DNA of 61,575 bases, the filler included, from Choristocarpus tenellus KU-1152 (Eukaryota > Protista > Phaeophyceae), in assembly GCA_964200185.2 (NCBI GenBank). It is 7 parts of 7 records of this genome, joined end to end, with 100 filler letters (N's around TTAATTAATTAA, not from the genome) between each part and the next. Parts side by side here need not be neighbours in the genome. Positions count along the whole stretch, not along the records: positions 11,236 to 17,860 come from CAXNAD020007724.1; positions 17,961 to 23,195 come from CAXNAD020011401.1; positions 23,296 to 46,161 come from CAXNAD020000275.1; 4 more parts are not named here. One strand, written 5' to 3'. The notes beneath the pieces are model-generated. The model was not told the origin of the DNA. It worked only from the letters and a program-made list of their open reading frames with translations, and ran no database searches. The translations under genes were made by a program, and so were the position numbers. Shown here one piece after another: positions 14,201 to 26,261 of this stretch (positions within the stretch are counted from its first letter, which is position 1; every line of letters starts with the position of its first letter).

Positions 14201-14943
14201 AAATGGGAAAAAAGGAAAGCAGCACAAACACGGCCAATCCACATCCAACATAGATGGCACTTGACCTCTGCATAACTCTCTAAAATTCCTCACCTCTCTC
14301 GTGCCACCTTCTTTGCCCTCGGGCAGTCATCACCACTCCCCTCCCCTTGTCCTGCGGACCTCTTCCTCTTCTTGTTCGTGCTTTTGCCAGAGACCTGAGC
14401 AGCCCCTGCCCCAGCTGAACCCACCCAAGCCTGCGACCCACTCAAAACAGAACTGGTTGGGGCCCCCTCTTCCAGTGCCAAGGAAGGAGGACGAGAGAGT
14501 TCACTGGGCATCCCTCGTCCAGCACACAATGTACTTGCCAGTCCAACACCAACACCAACACCATCCAGAGACCCTACTTGTAGTAGGGCCTTTGCAACAG
14601 CCTCTACGCTGTACCCAGTCTCACCGAACAGGGCCTCACCACCCATTATACAAGGAAAGCTGGGGTCGTGGTCAAATTGCTCAGGGGTGGATAATCGACT
14701 GGTGGGAGGAGTTGACACAGCCGCTGGAGACTCAGGCTTTCCCTCATTATCCACTCCATCAATCCTCTCCATGGCATCTTCCCAGTCATCTTCGGGTCCC
14801 CAATCCCAGGCAGAATCCACATCCCCGTCGTAGTGGGTGTCTGGCACACCTATCCACCCCCATGTTGGCTCCTGTCCAAGGGAATCATCAACGAAATCCT
14901 CAGAGAGCTTGAAAAATGCAATGCGGCAGGGATGTGAGATCAA
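11236..14943 (-). mobile_element. Possible decayed CxC/KDZ-like DNA transposase
   Basis: Minus-strand fragments in plausible order: low-complexity 217-aa ORF with KKRKR (14943-14290), Cys-rich segment (~14000-13700), REAWSRFV...WCKSPHC...CPDIDGT (~13410-13230), VLRDLFSFTILT...HDLAC...ERPQFL (~11540-11380). Many stops; similarity judged by eye only. Confidence 0.33.
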
Positions 14944-15829
14944 TGGCTGTCGCGATAGCTACATACCTTAGAGGGGATCAGATCAACTCAAGGAAACTTT
15001 GTAAAGTGGAAGATTCTTTCGTCATCAGATCTGCAGGATATATGGGTGGGTACTCCCTACAGGAACCGGATATCACAATTTAGCTAACCTCCATGGAGAC
15101 ATTTCTCCTCGATGAAATTCTATAGAACTTCCCATCTGAATTGATAGCGACCGGTTCGATGGATGGTGGATGTGTAGAGGGGGTGGTGTCGGCCTTGGAT
15201 CCAGCCTTGTCGCACATACTTCCTGTTCTTTACTCCGACCTTTGATCCCTACTCCTCTCTCAATATTCTTGTTTTTGTATCTCTTTTTCCCCCTACCTTG
15301 GCCTCAGCTCGAAATAATTCTGCTTTGAGGGAGGTCTTCTCGCCTTATGTTTGTTTGGGACTGGTAACTGGTTTAACAAGTTGGGGATTGGTTTGGTGTT
15401 TGAGTTTTGATTTTTGATTTTGATGTGGTTTTTTGAACTTGACGACCACGCCTTCCCTACCCATACAAAAGACAACTGCCAAGTTGACAAGGTTCAAAGC
15501 CCTGCTTACAACCACCATATCATCCTCGAAGCTCTAAGTGTAGATCACTTTTAGAGCTTTCCAAGGTTCAGTCAGATACTTTACTTACAGTTGTACTTGA
15601 GTTAGAAATGCACTCATTGAAAATGCACTGTTGCGTTTGGACTGACTGAACGGTAAGAATGATATTGTGGGAGAGGGGATACGTATCACCTTAGGAACAA
15701 CATGGATTTCGACCTAGGTGGTCAACCACTGACCGGATATTCGTGGCATATGACTTGCAGTAGCTTGGACAAGTGAAGAAGATCCCCTAGTGCATGTGTT
15801 CTATTGACCCGAAGAACTGGTGTGGGACA

Positions 15830-16279
15830 GTCATAGCTCGATTCAATATGTTTCATGACTTGCCTTGGACAATACGTGACGCACAAGCACCGAGCTCGCA
15901 TTGTTAATCTCAAAGTCGGAACGCAAGGCCTAGCATCCCAAGGCTATGCACTTCGTTATACTTCCTAACAGAGCGCCTTGCTATGGAACCGAGTCACTTA
16001 GTTGTTCACTGCGTGCCATTCTATCTTTGAATCACTGACCCACACGTACGCCTTGCCTTAAGCTTCTCTTCTTATCCAAAACCATCGGCCTCGTGATCCA
16101 TTTCAACTGTTGTGTATGGCACAGGGGTTGCTGTTTGAGTGCATGGTGTCGCTTGAGTCTGGGCTGTCCTTGCCAAATGAAGAAGTGCCTCGGAGGTGTT
16201 GTACTTGAGGAATGGGATACTTCGAAATGAAGAGTACCTTGATTGGGAGTACCAGATACCGCTTGAATCTACATGGTAC
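15830..16279 (+). mobile_element. Ty1/copia integrase remnant (plus-strand copy)
   Basis: LLWN...AILSLNH*PTRT resembles the copia LWxEA...AxYxxNRxPT motif; homologous to the inverted copy at 16536-16980. Confidence 0.55.
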
Positions 16280-16535
16280 TCACTGGTTTGACTGACAGAA
16301 GACGTTTGACTCTGTTTGCGGTGATCTTCTTTGGACCTAATGATATGCAGAGGGGGAGACTGGATCATGTGACCAAGGGTTCTTGAGAGAGTCAATCTCC
16401 ATGGCAGGGGAGTTGGCGGGAAAGGAGTAGGTGCTTGGGTGGGTGTGCTTTCTCTAGCTAGCTGGGTTGCGTGAGAATTGGCTCTCTCTGCAGAGTCTGT
16501 GTTATTTCTCACATTTTCCCCAAGACATACCTGTA

Positions 16536-17650
16536 GGTAACCAGTCGATTGAGGTGGTATCTGGACTCCAAGTTAGGGAACTCCTCGTTTTGAAGTACCA
16601 TTCCTCAAGTACCAAGCCTTAAGGCGGTTTTTCCATTGGTCAGGACAGCCCAGACTCGGGCGACACCATGTGCTTCTAGGCACTCCCTACAGCATACGCA
16701 ACAGTGCCAAAGGGTTGCGAAATGGGTGGGTTTGGATAAATTGAGAAGCCTAAGACAAGGCGCGCATGTGTGTGGATGATGCAAAGACAGAATGGCATGC
16801 AATGAAGCAACTTGGTGACTCAGTTCCATAGCGAGGAGCTTAGGAATGAACAGTGCGATGCATAACCTTAGGCTTCCTGGCCATGTGTTCCGAGTTGAAG
16901 AATATCAACATCTGCTTGGTGCTTGTTCATCATGTGCTTGTCCATGGCAAATCATCAGTGAATCACAACCAAGCAATGACCCAGTCACGCAGTTAGTATT
17001 TCTCGTCCAGGTACAAATTTATCTGTGATCTGCATGACAGTATCCCTTGCACAAATAGACCCAATTCACACAATTCTTGACGCTGGCTCAAGAACAACCC
17101 CAGTCCATTCCATCTGTGGATGTGTAGAAGTAGCAGCAGTAGTATCTCACCATTGTAGGATGATACTTAGGTCTGTACTTCGTGGAAGGGTTATGTGTGG
17201 AGGATCCAGGCTAGAAATACGGTCGGTACTGGGCATAGATACCCGTTGGATCAATTTTCCTGCCTAAAAAAATGTCATCACTCTTGTGCCACGTTTGTTA
17301 CAAGCTGGGACATTCCTTGTCTTTCATGGCGAAATTTCCAGGTCGGGTCAACTAATTTTTTTCCATGAATAAACGGTCCCACAACTAAACCTAGGTCATT
17401 TGGTGATGGCACAAACCCGTTCTTCTCCAATATGAATACCTTCAATCGACGAAATATGACAATTCTCTTTAGGGTCAAAATGACGTTTTGACAGGTTCGG
17501 AGTTATACTTGCTGCTTGTAAGTTGAATTGCTGTTCTAGTGAGTGAATGTCCGTCACACAAGGGATAACAAGGAGTCAAACCATCCATGTAAACATGCAG
17601 ACCACTTCCCACCCTGGAAAAATGCTAATGGCACGGTTTTGTGAAATGCC
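16536..17650 (-). mobile_element. Ty1/copia GAG-pre-integrase/integrase remnant (minus-strand copy)
   Basis: Decayed motifs in copia order: ITPNLSK, TWKFRHERQG (LWHxRLGH-like), SFLSSSLWN, QPFGTVAY (LRPFGCxAY-like). Multiple stops and frameshifts. Confidence 0.55.
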
Positions 17651-18498
17651 AGGGAATATTTGACATTGGAACGACATTCTCATAATTTACATAATCTGAT
17701 GTTTTTTCCTCTTGAAGTGACAACATCAGTCTTATCCATATCAGGTTGAGCAATCGAATTCTGCCAGTATGTATTATGACTCAAACTATCTGGGGGGGGG
17801 GACAGGGGGTCTACACCAGGGTGTCCATTTGGACCAAAATCAGGAAAAGTGTATTTACATNNNNNNNNNNNNNNNNNNNNNNNNNNNNNNNNNNNNNNNN
17901 NNNNTTAATTAATTAANNNNNNNNNNNNNNNNNNNNNNNNNNNNNNNNNNNNNNNNNNNNGTACGAGTTTTGCCCTGTTTGTCCATTTGGGGCTTGGCTT
18001 CCGATGTTTTTTTTTGTAGCATTTTCCTACTCCAAAATGTTTCAGAGTAGATAAAATTGATACATTATGAAACGTGTTTCGGGAACTTGGATATTGACAC
18101 TTCCTAACAAACACAATAGCCAAAATTACATCAAAATCGCCGAATTGGATTTTGGACCCCGAATGGACGAAGCTCTACCCTCTAAGATACTTTAGCTCAA
18201 ATTCCTCCCATAACGTCCGATCCTGACATCCAAACCAGTGTCATTTTCTTCTCCCAGTCTGCAACCGCCACTGACACCTTTCACTTTATTTTTTACAACT
18301 TACGTAGGGCAAATAAGCGCATCCCATTCATTCATTCCGCTGCCTAAGTGTATCCTCTATCATACACAAAACTATCCGTTTCTCAAAAAGATCAACAAAC
18401 AACACCACTGTACAACCAAACAAGGCTATCACGCGCAAACACATGCCAATAGTCCTACACACACCAACACAGCCCCTGCAACGAACATCTCTGTGGTG

Positions 18499-19031
18499 AT
18501 GCAGGAAGCACAAGTGGGTCCCCACGTCGTGTCCCTTCAGGCTATCACCATCCCAGACTTCACAGACATCGACCACAACCACCTGGACAACACATTCACG
18601 ATCCTGCCTGGTCAATACCAGAGGTTCACCTCGGAATCCAACCGGCAATCTCTCGGCGGGATACCTGCTCGCTTCTCTAGGCATCTCAGACTTGGGGACA
18701 CATCCGACGCCAGGTTCGGTCGAGTAACCAGCTTCATCCTACGCGTGAATGGGGGGGCCATTGTACAGAGGAAGGTCAGCGATGTTCACATAGATGGTTC
18801 AGGGGCGTACATTTATGCAGTGTCCTACCTCCCGGACGATGGAAAAAAATCTATGCCCCCTCAACTGAGGTCGTGTACATGACAGAGGACGAGATCGAGG
18901 AGGGTGTCGACCAACTTCAAGAGAAGAACAGGAGGGACAGCGACGAGGCTGCAGCCCTGTGTGTCAGACAATGCCGTCGGTCGATTGTTGGCCGCCAGCG
19001 GAAGCGTAGGGACATGGAGAAGGATACATAG
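18499..19031 (+). pseudogene. Intronless orphan ORF interrupted by a -1 frameshift at an A7 run
   Basis: ATG 18499 is open to GGA AAA AAA (18841-18849). The -1 frame continues IYAPSTEVVYMTEDEIEEGVDQLQEKNRRD... to TAG 19031 with protein-like composition. Confidence 0.4.
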
Positions 19032-19099
19032 AAATATATACTCCTTGAACCGACTCTGAGTTATAAAGAAACACTCACTGCCTGAGCCAAGGGAAGGGG

Positions 19100-19470
19100 A
19101 TATACTTCAGATGGGACGATCAGTGGATGCGAGGGACCGTGACCAACTACCAGCCCCACTACACGGTGAAAATTAGAGAGGAGCGAGTCAGATACCCCTA
19201 CGAGTTTAACTGAGAGAATGGCGACTTGCGAAATATCCCGCTTCTTGTCCAACATTACAGTATTGACCAAGGCGCTCCTACACTGGCCTGGTTCTGGACA
19301 AGTCCTACATTGCTACCATACTGACGACAGACACGGCTTTGAGGAGCAACATAGGCCAATTTCTGTTAGTGAGTCATCCTCTACTTCGCCAGTCCGACAC
19401 ATGCCTCGACAGACATGTTATGATGGAGAGATTGGACGTTCTCTAAAACAACGGACTTATGCATTTGGTA
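19100..19470 (+). mobile_element. Penelope-like retroelement remnant (GIY-YIG region)
   Basis: CYDGEIGRSLKQR resembles the Penelope YIGETGRSLxxR motif; upstream RYPYEF resembles NGYPxxF. Frameshifted. Confidence 0.4.
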
Positions 19471-19918
19471 CATTGAATTTATTATCTTCCCAAGGAGTTT
19501 GTGTTTATGTGTCCTCATGCGCATGATTTTATTGGCCCGGTGGAAACCTAGATTTCATCTCCATTAGTGCGTTTTACCACCATCCTCTAATACTTTTATT
19601 GCCATGCCCCAATCATTTTTCCTCCCCTCTTTGTGTTTATCGGACCACAGAACAATTGGCAGAAACCTTACACCACAAATACGTTGACGCACAAGCATCT
19701 CGTACTCCACACCACCATCTTTAGCACAAGCCGAGCTTTCCACAACAGATGACCTCTCTTCCACACCCAGACCAATCGGCGGCAACCACCCGGGCTCCAA
19801 ACTTTGAACCTATCGACAACTTCCCTGAGCCATAATAACATTGCCTACACCCACTCAAGCGCCAAGCGTAGGTCCTAAGTGCATTTTAGTCCAAATTACA
19901 TCGTAAGAGGACGGTGGC

Positions 19919-20128
19919 TGAGTGAAAGTATCTTGGGGGGAGGATGGTTTGTGAGGGGCGTCCGTTTCTGTCCGGACGAATTGCTAAAAAATCATAGCAA
20001 TTGTGGCCTTCAGTCGTGAATTGTCCGCGACTGAAGACAGCAATTGCTACGATTTTTTAGCACTTTGTCCGGACCGAAACGGACACCCCCTCACAAACCA
20101 CCCCCCCTCCCCCAGATACTTTCACTCA
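19919..20128. mobile_element. Foldback MITE: ~100-bp terminal inverted repeats with a few-nt loop
   Basis: Left arm TGAGTGAAAGTATCT...GGTTTGTGAGGGG...GTCCGGAC...TGCTAAAAAATC.TAGCAATTG...CTTCAGTCG is the reverse complement of the right arm ending AGATACTTTCACTCA. Related termini at 17777, 18199 and 46336. No clear TSD. Confidence 0.8.
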
Positions 20129-22630
20129 CAGGTTACACAAACTGCAAAATTGCTATATGGGTAGTGCTTACCTTTTGTTCTGGGCGTTGGTCACTTGTCT
20201 TTGCCGTCATTCACCTTCTTATGCGCGATTACTTTATTGACATGTACGATGGGGTTCTTGATCTTTCATCTTGCCACCAAAGCATCTCATGCTACAAACA
20301 AGACGCCATTTTACCTTTTCGATCGCGACCAACAGCACTCCATAACGAACTCGATCAAAGATCCCAAGCCCTGTTCGACTAACCTACAGTGCACTTGCAC
20401 TTTCCCGAACCCACTTTTCTCGATGCAATAGACCCACCCTATCCTGCCTGTCGTCATCTGCTGTGCCCCACCCCACTTATCCTGACTCTCAGGGTTGTGA
20501 TTGTCCGTGATCCAGTGGAAAGGCTGCAGCCTGGTCTCCTAGACAAATGTCTGTGAGTATGGAAAAAGGTAATAGGTAGTGTAGCTTAAATTGGGGTATA
20601 TAAAGCCCTAGCAAAGCCCATTCGCGGGTAAACTCTGTTTTCAGTGCTATTTATCGCTGTGGACAATATTGTGATGGTATAGTGGGCACCCAGGAGGACA
20701 ACCTCTCAATTGTTTGCTATGGCACACACGATATTCCGCAATTGATCTCTTCACGTAGTACATACAAAAAGTTCAGAAACTCATTGCTTTTCACCGTTTC
20801 ATCAAACGCTTACTTTACGTTATTCGCTTAAGGTGTTGCAGTGACACCAAGGACGTCCTTCGTAATTCATATCGATGTTTAGTATTTTCTGGATCAATAT
20901 AGGGGAGGTATTTGCCGACGATTGGTCATGGTGAAATGTTGTCGATTCGACAAAGGGCTGAGTTGTGATAACTAGCAACGGTAATTCACCTGTTCCTTAT
21001 ACTTCTCCTAGATACATGTCTCAGTGGCAGAAAAAATTATAAAGCGGAAGGAGAAGGGTTTCCTAGCTGTCCCTACATATCATGAATGCCTGAGCTGTTT
21101 GGTGGAGAGCCCAGTGCCACTGCAGCTACAAGTGCCAGGTTGAAATGTGCGTCCTTGGCTGAGGATGAACATGCAAGAGGGGAGAGGGAGAGTGGGAAAC
21201 TATGCCGGTTATGTTTATTTCGCAGGAAGAAGTGTGAGGTAGGGTACGAGAATAGTTAGGATTGGAATGAGCAGCAGCAGGACAAAACAGGCAAGGCTTA
21301 GTGCTGAGTAACCCATCATGGCCTGTCAACCAGAAATAGTCTCTCACACTTTCTATCTGAAATAGCTCAATTCAATTTGAATTTGGGTGCTTGTCTGTGA
21401 TGACCAGTATATATATATATATTTTATATCACCTACCTCTTTGTGCTTTTTGTTTGCTTATTGACGTTCAGTTTAGATACCGATTCAGGTCACAACTTCG
21501 TGCAACCTAATTGAATGTAGATGGCTGATACTACTACCATAGAGTTGTAGTGAGGGCGAACTCTCCCCTTTGCTTGTTTCTATTCCAACTCGTGGTTGAG
21601 GTCTAATCCGTATTTTCCTTTCTAAATCATGTTTACTCAGAAAAGTATGACCACTGGGTGGAGAAGTAGGAGGAATCACTTCCCTATCAAACTATGAAGT
21701 TCATGTCAATTGACCGGCCAACATCAACACGAAATTATTGTTTCTATTATTGTGATATTATTGCCACATGTTGTTGCTGATTTCCCCCTCATAGTTCCAT
21801 ATCGTAGTTGTGTTAACTGTGGGAGTTTTTATTAGGGAAAATATGCAAGAAAGTGTGTGGGCTTGCTTTGTGTGCATAAAAGATCATGCTGATCGACAGA
21901 AACCTTTAATGCAAAGTGTGAAGTTTAGGTGAGAGATTCCCAGAGAGCAATATATTTGCTTTGCTCCTGCACGTAGTATCCTTGACGGCTGAGACACACT
22001 CCCCATTCCACAGGGATATCTTGGTACAGACAATTATGGCAAGACATGCCTCAATCTGCGCTACAGGTTGTGTCCCCTCACCTGTTTATTGTGTCCAACA
22101 TTAAATAGCTGTTGGCTTCATCCTCCCTACCTGTCCACTACCACTCCGATATCTTACGGTACTTTCGGCGAAAACTGAGCCATAGGAGATATTTGCCCAC
22201 TTCATATCTGCCATTGAGCGGATCATGGGCAAGGAAGGGAAGTGCAAGGTCCGTACTTAATACTCATTTCGAGGCAGCGACTAATAGCGAGAGAGGAGTA
22301 ATGACATTAGTGGCAACACTTTATAGGGATGGATCTCGACTTCACACAGTTATCACCTTGACCTCTTACTTATCCACCTCTCTCCCTCGCTTCCACAGGC
22401 AATGGTATGTTTTTTGTGATCTCGGTAACATTGACTAATGTGCATTTATTATTAATTGTACACATATCCATGTTAGCAGGAGCCTTTATATCGTGAGTAA
22501 TTGCCTGTGCTGCAGCAAAAACCGATATCTTGTGGGGGGTGACACTCCTGAGCTGAACTTTGTTTTTTAATCGAACTTGGTCTTTCATCTTCAATCAGTA
22601 AAACCTAAAAGCAGTACACAGGATGAATTT

Positions 22631-22743
22631 GAGGGGAGGAACAAGAAGGGGACTGTAGTAGTACCGTGTTACAACATTGAAGAGATAAAGTCGAGAGGAG
22701 GGCGGAGAAGGGGACTGCAGTAGTATCGTGCCACAACATTGAA
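22631..22743. repeat. Direct repeat, two ~51-bp copies
   Basis: AGAAGGGGACTG.AGTAGTA.CGTG..ACAACATTGAA occurs twice, ~62 bp apart. Confidence 0.75.
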
Positions 22744-23435
22744 TGGGTAGGCTATGATAGCTCTTGGTCACCACTGCGCAGTTGCAACCTCAACCTGTTG
22801 ATGCTAACGTTAGCACAGTCAGCAGCCACAGCAAAGACTCATATCTCTTGATTTGACAGGGCTGGCTTGTTATGATTAGGGACCAATAGTGCAGTGTGTA
22901 ATGAGATTGGTTTTGTAGTGTATGGGGATATGATTTTGACTCGTACCTCATCCTTCTGTCCCTGTCCCCCTTTCTCGTTCCACTCCATGTTCTGCTTTAC
23001 TTCACATTTTCTATTGCAGATCAACATGCACTTCCAACCGCAGTCTTGTTACTGTGGCTTGACTCAGGTGTGATATCCTGCCCTCCCCTTAACATGTGAT
23101 TGTTAGAAGGTGGTGTGTATTGTTAAACATAGGCTACTCATCTGTTTGTTCCTTGATACGATACAGTTCCACCAGTCAACACTGACTGCTGATTGNNNNN
23201 NNNNNNNNNNNNNNNNNNNNNNNNNNNNNNNNNNNNNNNTTAATTAATTAANNNNNNNNNNNNNNNNNNNNNNNNNNNNNNNNNNNNNNNNNNNNATGCC
23301 AAAACCGTTACCGGCTCCCCCGGGGGGCCCGTCTATCCTTGTACCTTTGGCTTGGTCAAGGTCGCTTCCAAATCGTGGCAGTGCCCTCCATAAGCACCGA
23401 AATATTTTTGAACAAAAATGTATCCCATTTGTAGC

Positions 23436-23538
23436 GGGGCCCTTAAAAAGTGCCGCAATATTTACAAAAAAAAAACATATTGGCACTTTTTCCTGGTCAA
23501 TTTTGGGTCAAACCCATCCTCCATAGTACACTCCATCC
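23436..23538 (+). repeat. Dispersed repeat end (likely transposon terminus); second copy inverted at 58032-58124
   Basis: TGCCGCAA.ATTTACAAAAAAAAACATAT.GG.ACTTTTT...GGTCAAA...ATAGTAC.CTCCATCC is shared. Both copies lie at contig ends. Confidence 0.75.
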
Positions 23539-24659
23539 ACAAATGCAGAATGGTATCTTGCGATTGCCCACTTATGAGCAGTATCAGCAGATCTTTCCTC
23601 TCAAGTTCAAACACCCTGTTTGAACATAGGCCACTCATCTTTTGATTCATTGATACAGTACAGTATTACCAATCCATACTGACTGTTGATTCGCACAGCG
23701 AGACTGGTCGTTACTCACATTTTCATCATTCATACCTCATCATAGAATCATTGATCACCTTTACAACTCCATGGTGCATAGCAAATATTGAATAGTAGAC
23801 ACCTATCAAACATACAAGCATAGTATGTGCCATAAGAGTTGTCCCAGATACTGATTCAAGTTTGTTTCTTTGTTTTTTCTCACAACAGAACCACCAGTTG
23901 TATCTCACATATTGTTTATTATTTTTTCCTTAGTTGGGCTAGCCTCCACTTAGACACTGAGCTCACTCTGAACTAAGTGTACCTGACACACAACTAGATG
24001 CAATACATTCAGGGTTAAAACATCCTTCACCACAGTGTGACAAAGCCTCTACACAGAGCATGAATCTCTTCCTTTGAATGCACCAAGGAATACCCAACAT
24101 CACTATACAAAATAACCTCTGACTGTGCACAAATCATGTCACTAGGTTCATCAGGACGAATTCACTGATGATTCATTGCACTATGACACCCTTCACCACA
24201 ACCAACCTGACCCCGTACAAGAGTACGATAAATTCAATCTCAGGTTGGAACACAGACACCCTGCTCTATTTTTTTGTTTACATGGCTAGTTGCTTTCTTT
24301 TTGTGAAGAGGGTGTTGTACCATAGGGGTTTGCCAATCTTTCCCTCGGTCTTCAAACACTGCATGTATCTATTGAGTGATGCTTATTCATAACCTGGGTC
24401 TCTGTATTGAATTTTTTCACTGTTGAGTAATTCCTACCAGTGACAACCGTGGACATGTATGGGGGCTAGAGAAAGACTTGCTTGTGCCAACTTCCTCTTT
24501 ACAAATTTGAACCATGAATCGTGAACCCCCTCGTATCAACAGTGCCAGCATATCCTTCCTCTCAGTTTTAATCATTCCCTCTGTATCTTGTTCTGTTTCT
24601 GCAGTCATTTGTATTTATCTATGCACGAAACAATCTCGAACATTTTGAAAGAGTGTTGT

Positions 24660-24786
24660 GCCATAGGAATCATAACGCTCATTCCTTTGCTTGGTCAATG
24701 AGACAATGTCTATTGTATCTGTTGTGCTATAGGAGTCATGACGCTTTTTCCTTTACTTGGTCAGTGAGACAATGTTGTATCTGTTG
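24660..24786. repeat. Tandem duplication, two ~62-65 bp copies
   Basis: ATAGGA.TCAT.ACGCT..TTCCTTT.CTTGGTCA.TGAGACAATGT...TGTATCTGTTG occurs twice. Confidence 0.8.
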
Positions 24787-26261
24787 AGTGATACATACAC
24801 TAAAGTCTGTCTCTGTGCTGAGTGACCTGTCTTCAGTGTTGAGTGAGTGACAACTCTTGCACACCCTTCGATTCAACTCTTCCGTAATTGTGCCGTGACA
24901 TTTTTTTTTGGTTGGTAACCTTTCCAGACATATAGCAAGATGTATCTAATATATTATTTTGTTTTGTGATATGTTGCATTGCAACACAGGAAGTACAAGA
25001 AATGGGAAGGGGAAAGGGTAACAAACACAGCAGTAAGGCTCACGACAGTAGTAGTGATTTCACACTTAGGTACAATAACAGGAATTTTGGAAAAACCACC
25101 GTGTTGCATGGTAAGGCTTGCTGTAAAATATCCTACTAGGTACATCACAATAAAATTAATCACATTTACGGCAAATGTCATTTCTACAGGGGTACTTGTG
25201 ATATTGGTTTGGCTTTTTCCTCGGCGCATCTCCAAAATGTCAGACGGCACACTATGGTGGAGTGCACAGGGAAGATACCCTGTCTTCGGTATCCTTGTGG
25301 AACCCCAAAAATAATAATTTTTCACTTCTTACGATTATTTTTCATACACAAGTCGGGGTTAGGGTTAGGATTAGAATTAGATTCTCGAAGAAGGGTGTAA
25401 AACAATGAAAAGTGGTGGATCCTTGAGAGGTTGTGGTCCCCCACTACACACAACAACCTTTCGGTACTTCTAGATTGTCTCCTTCTCTACTCAGGGATAT
25501 TTTTCACACACAAGTTTGGGGTAGGCCTAGGGTTAGCGTTGGAGACAAGTTTAGGGTTTCGAAAATGCATGCAACACTGGGAGGTTCCCCTAGGATGATG
25601 GGGACTTTTGAAGACAGGGGATCCTGATCTCTCCTGTGCACTCCACTGCCACTTTCTAGATGTGTGAGGGACTAGACCTCTAAGAAATGGCCTCTCAATC
25701 AAGTAATATAAATAACATCGAAACTTATTCCCTACAAATATGTCCACCCTCCAATCAACAAGAAACTGCTAGTCTGACTCTATAAAGGCAAACAAAACAA
25801 CCCTTCAAACATCAAATAAATGTTCCTTCGAATTTTTTACACTTCACAAAAACAAAGTTTGCAAAAATGCACCATATACTACATGATCTTTAAACATTGG
25901 TCAATTAGAGAGTTCACATCCAACCTTCACACTTGACACTTTTCTCAAAAGGAAGAGAGAGAAATAGTGTGTGAGATCGGTGGTTGTTGGCCTCTAGGTA
26001 GGAAGTAAGAAGAACGTCTTATGTGGTAAATGCGCAAAATCCTGCGTGATAGCTTAGTGTTTATGTTAAGTGTGGATGGAGGAAAGTAATTTGTTCAGGC
26101 ACCAACTCTGGCAACCATGATGTCCAACTCTACTCAGAGTGTACACTGCCTCCAGGATGTCGAATATTGTTGGAAAGAAAGATAAACTGCTCGAATCATC
26201 CACCTCTCCCAACTTTTTTGTTTTATGATTATTGTCACCCATGTGGATGGTCATGTCAGTC

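Noticed and set aside
17777-18199. A single MITE spanning the gap
   Set aside because: The ends face each other but lie across an artificial spacer and their flanks show no TSD, so they may be separate copies.
20590-20930. LINE RT remnant (TLFSVLFIAVD...VFADD)
   Set aside because: Motifs are too degenerate and too widely spaced to support a call.
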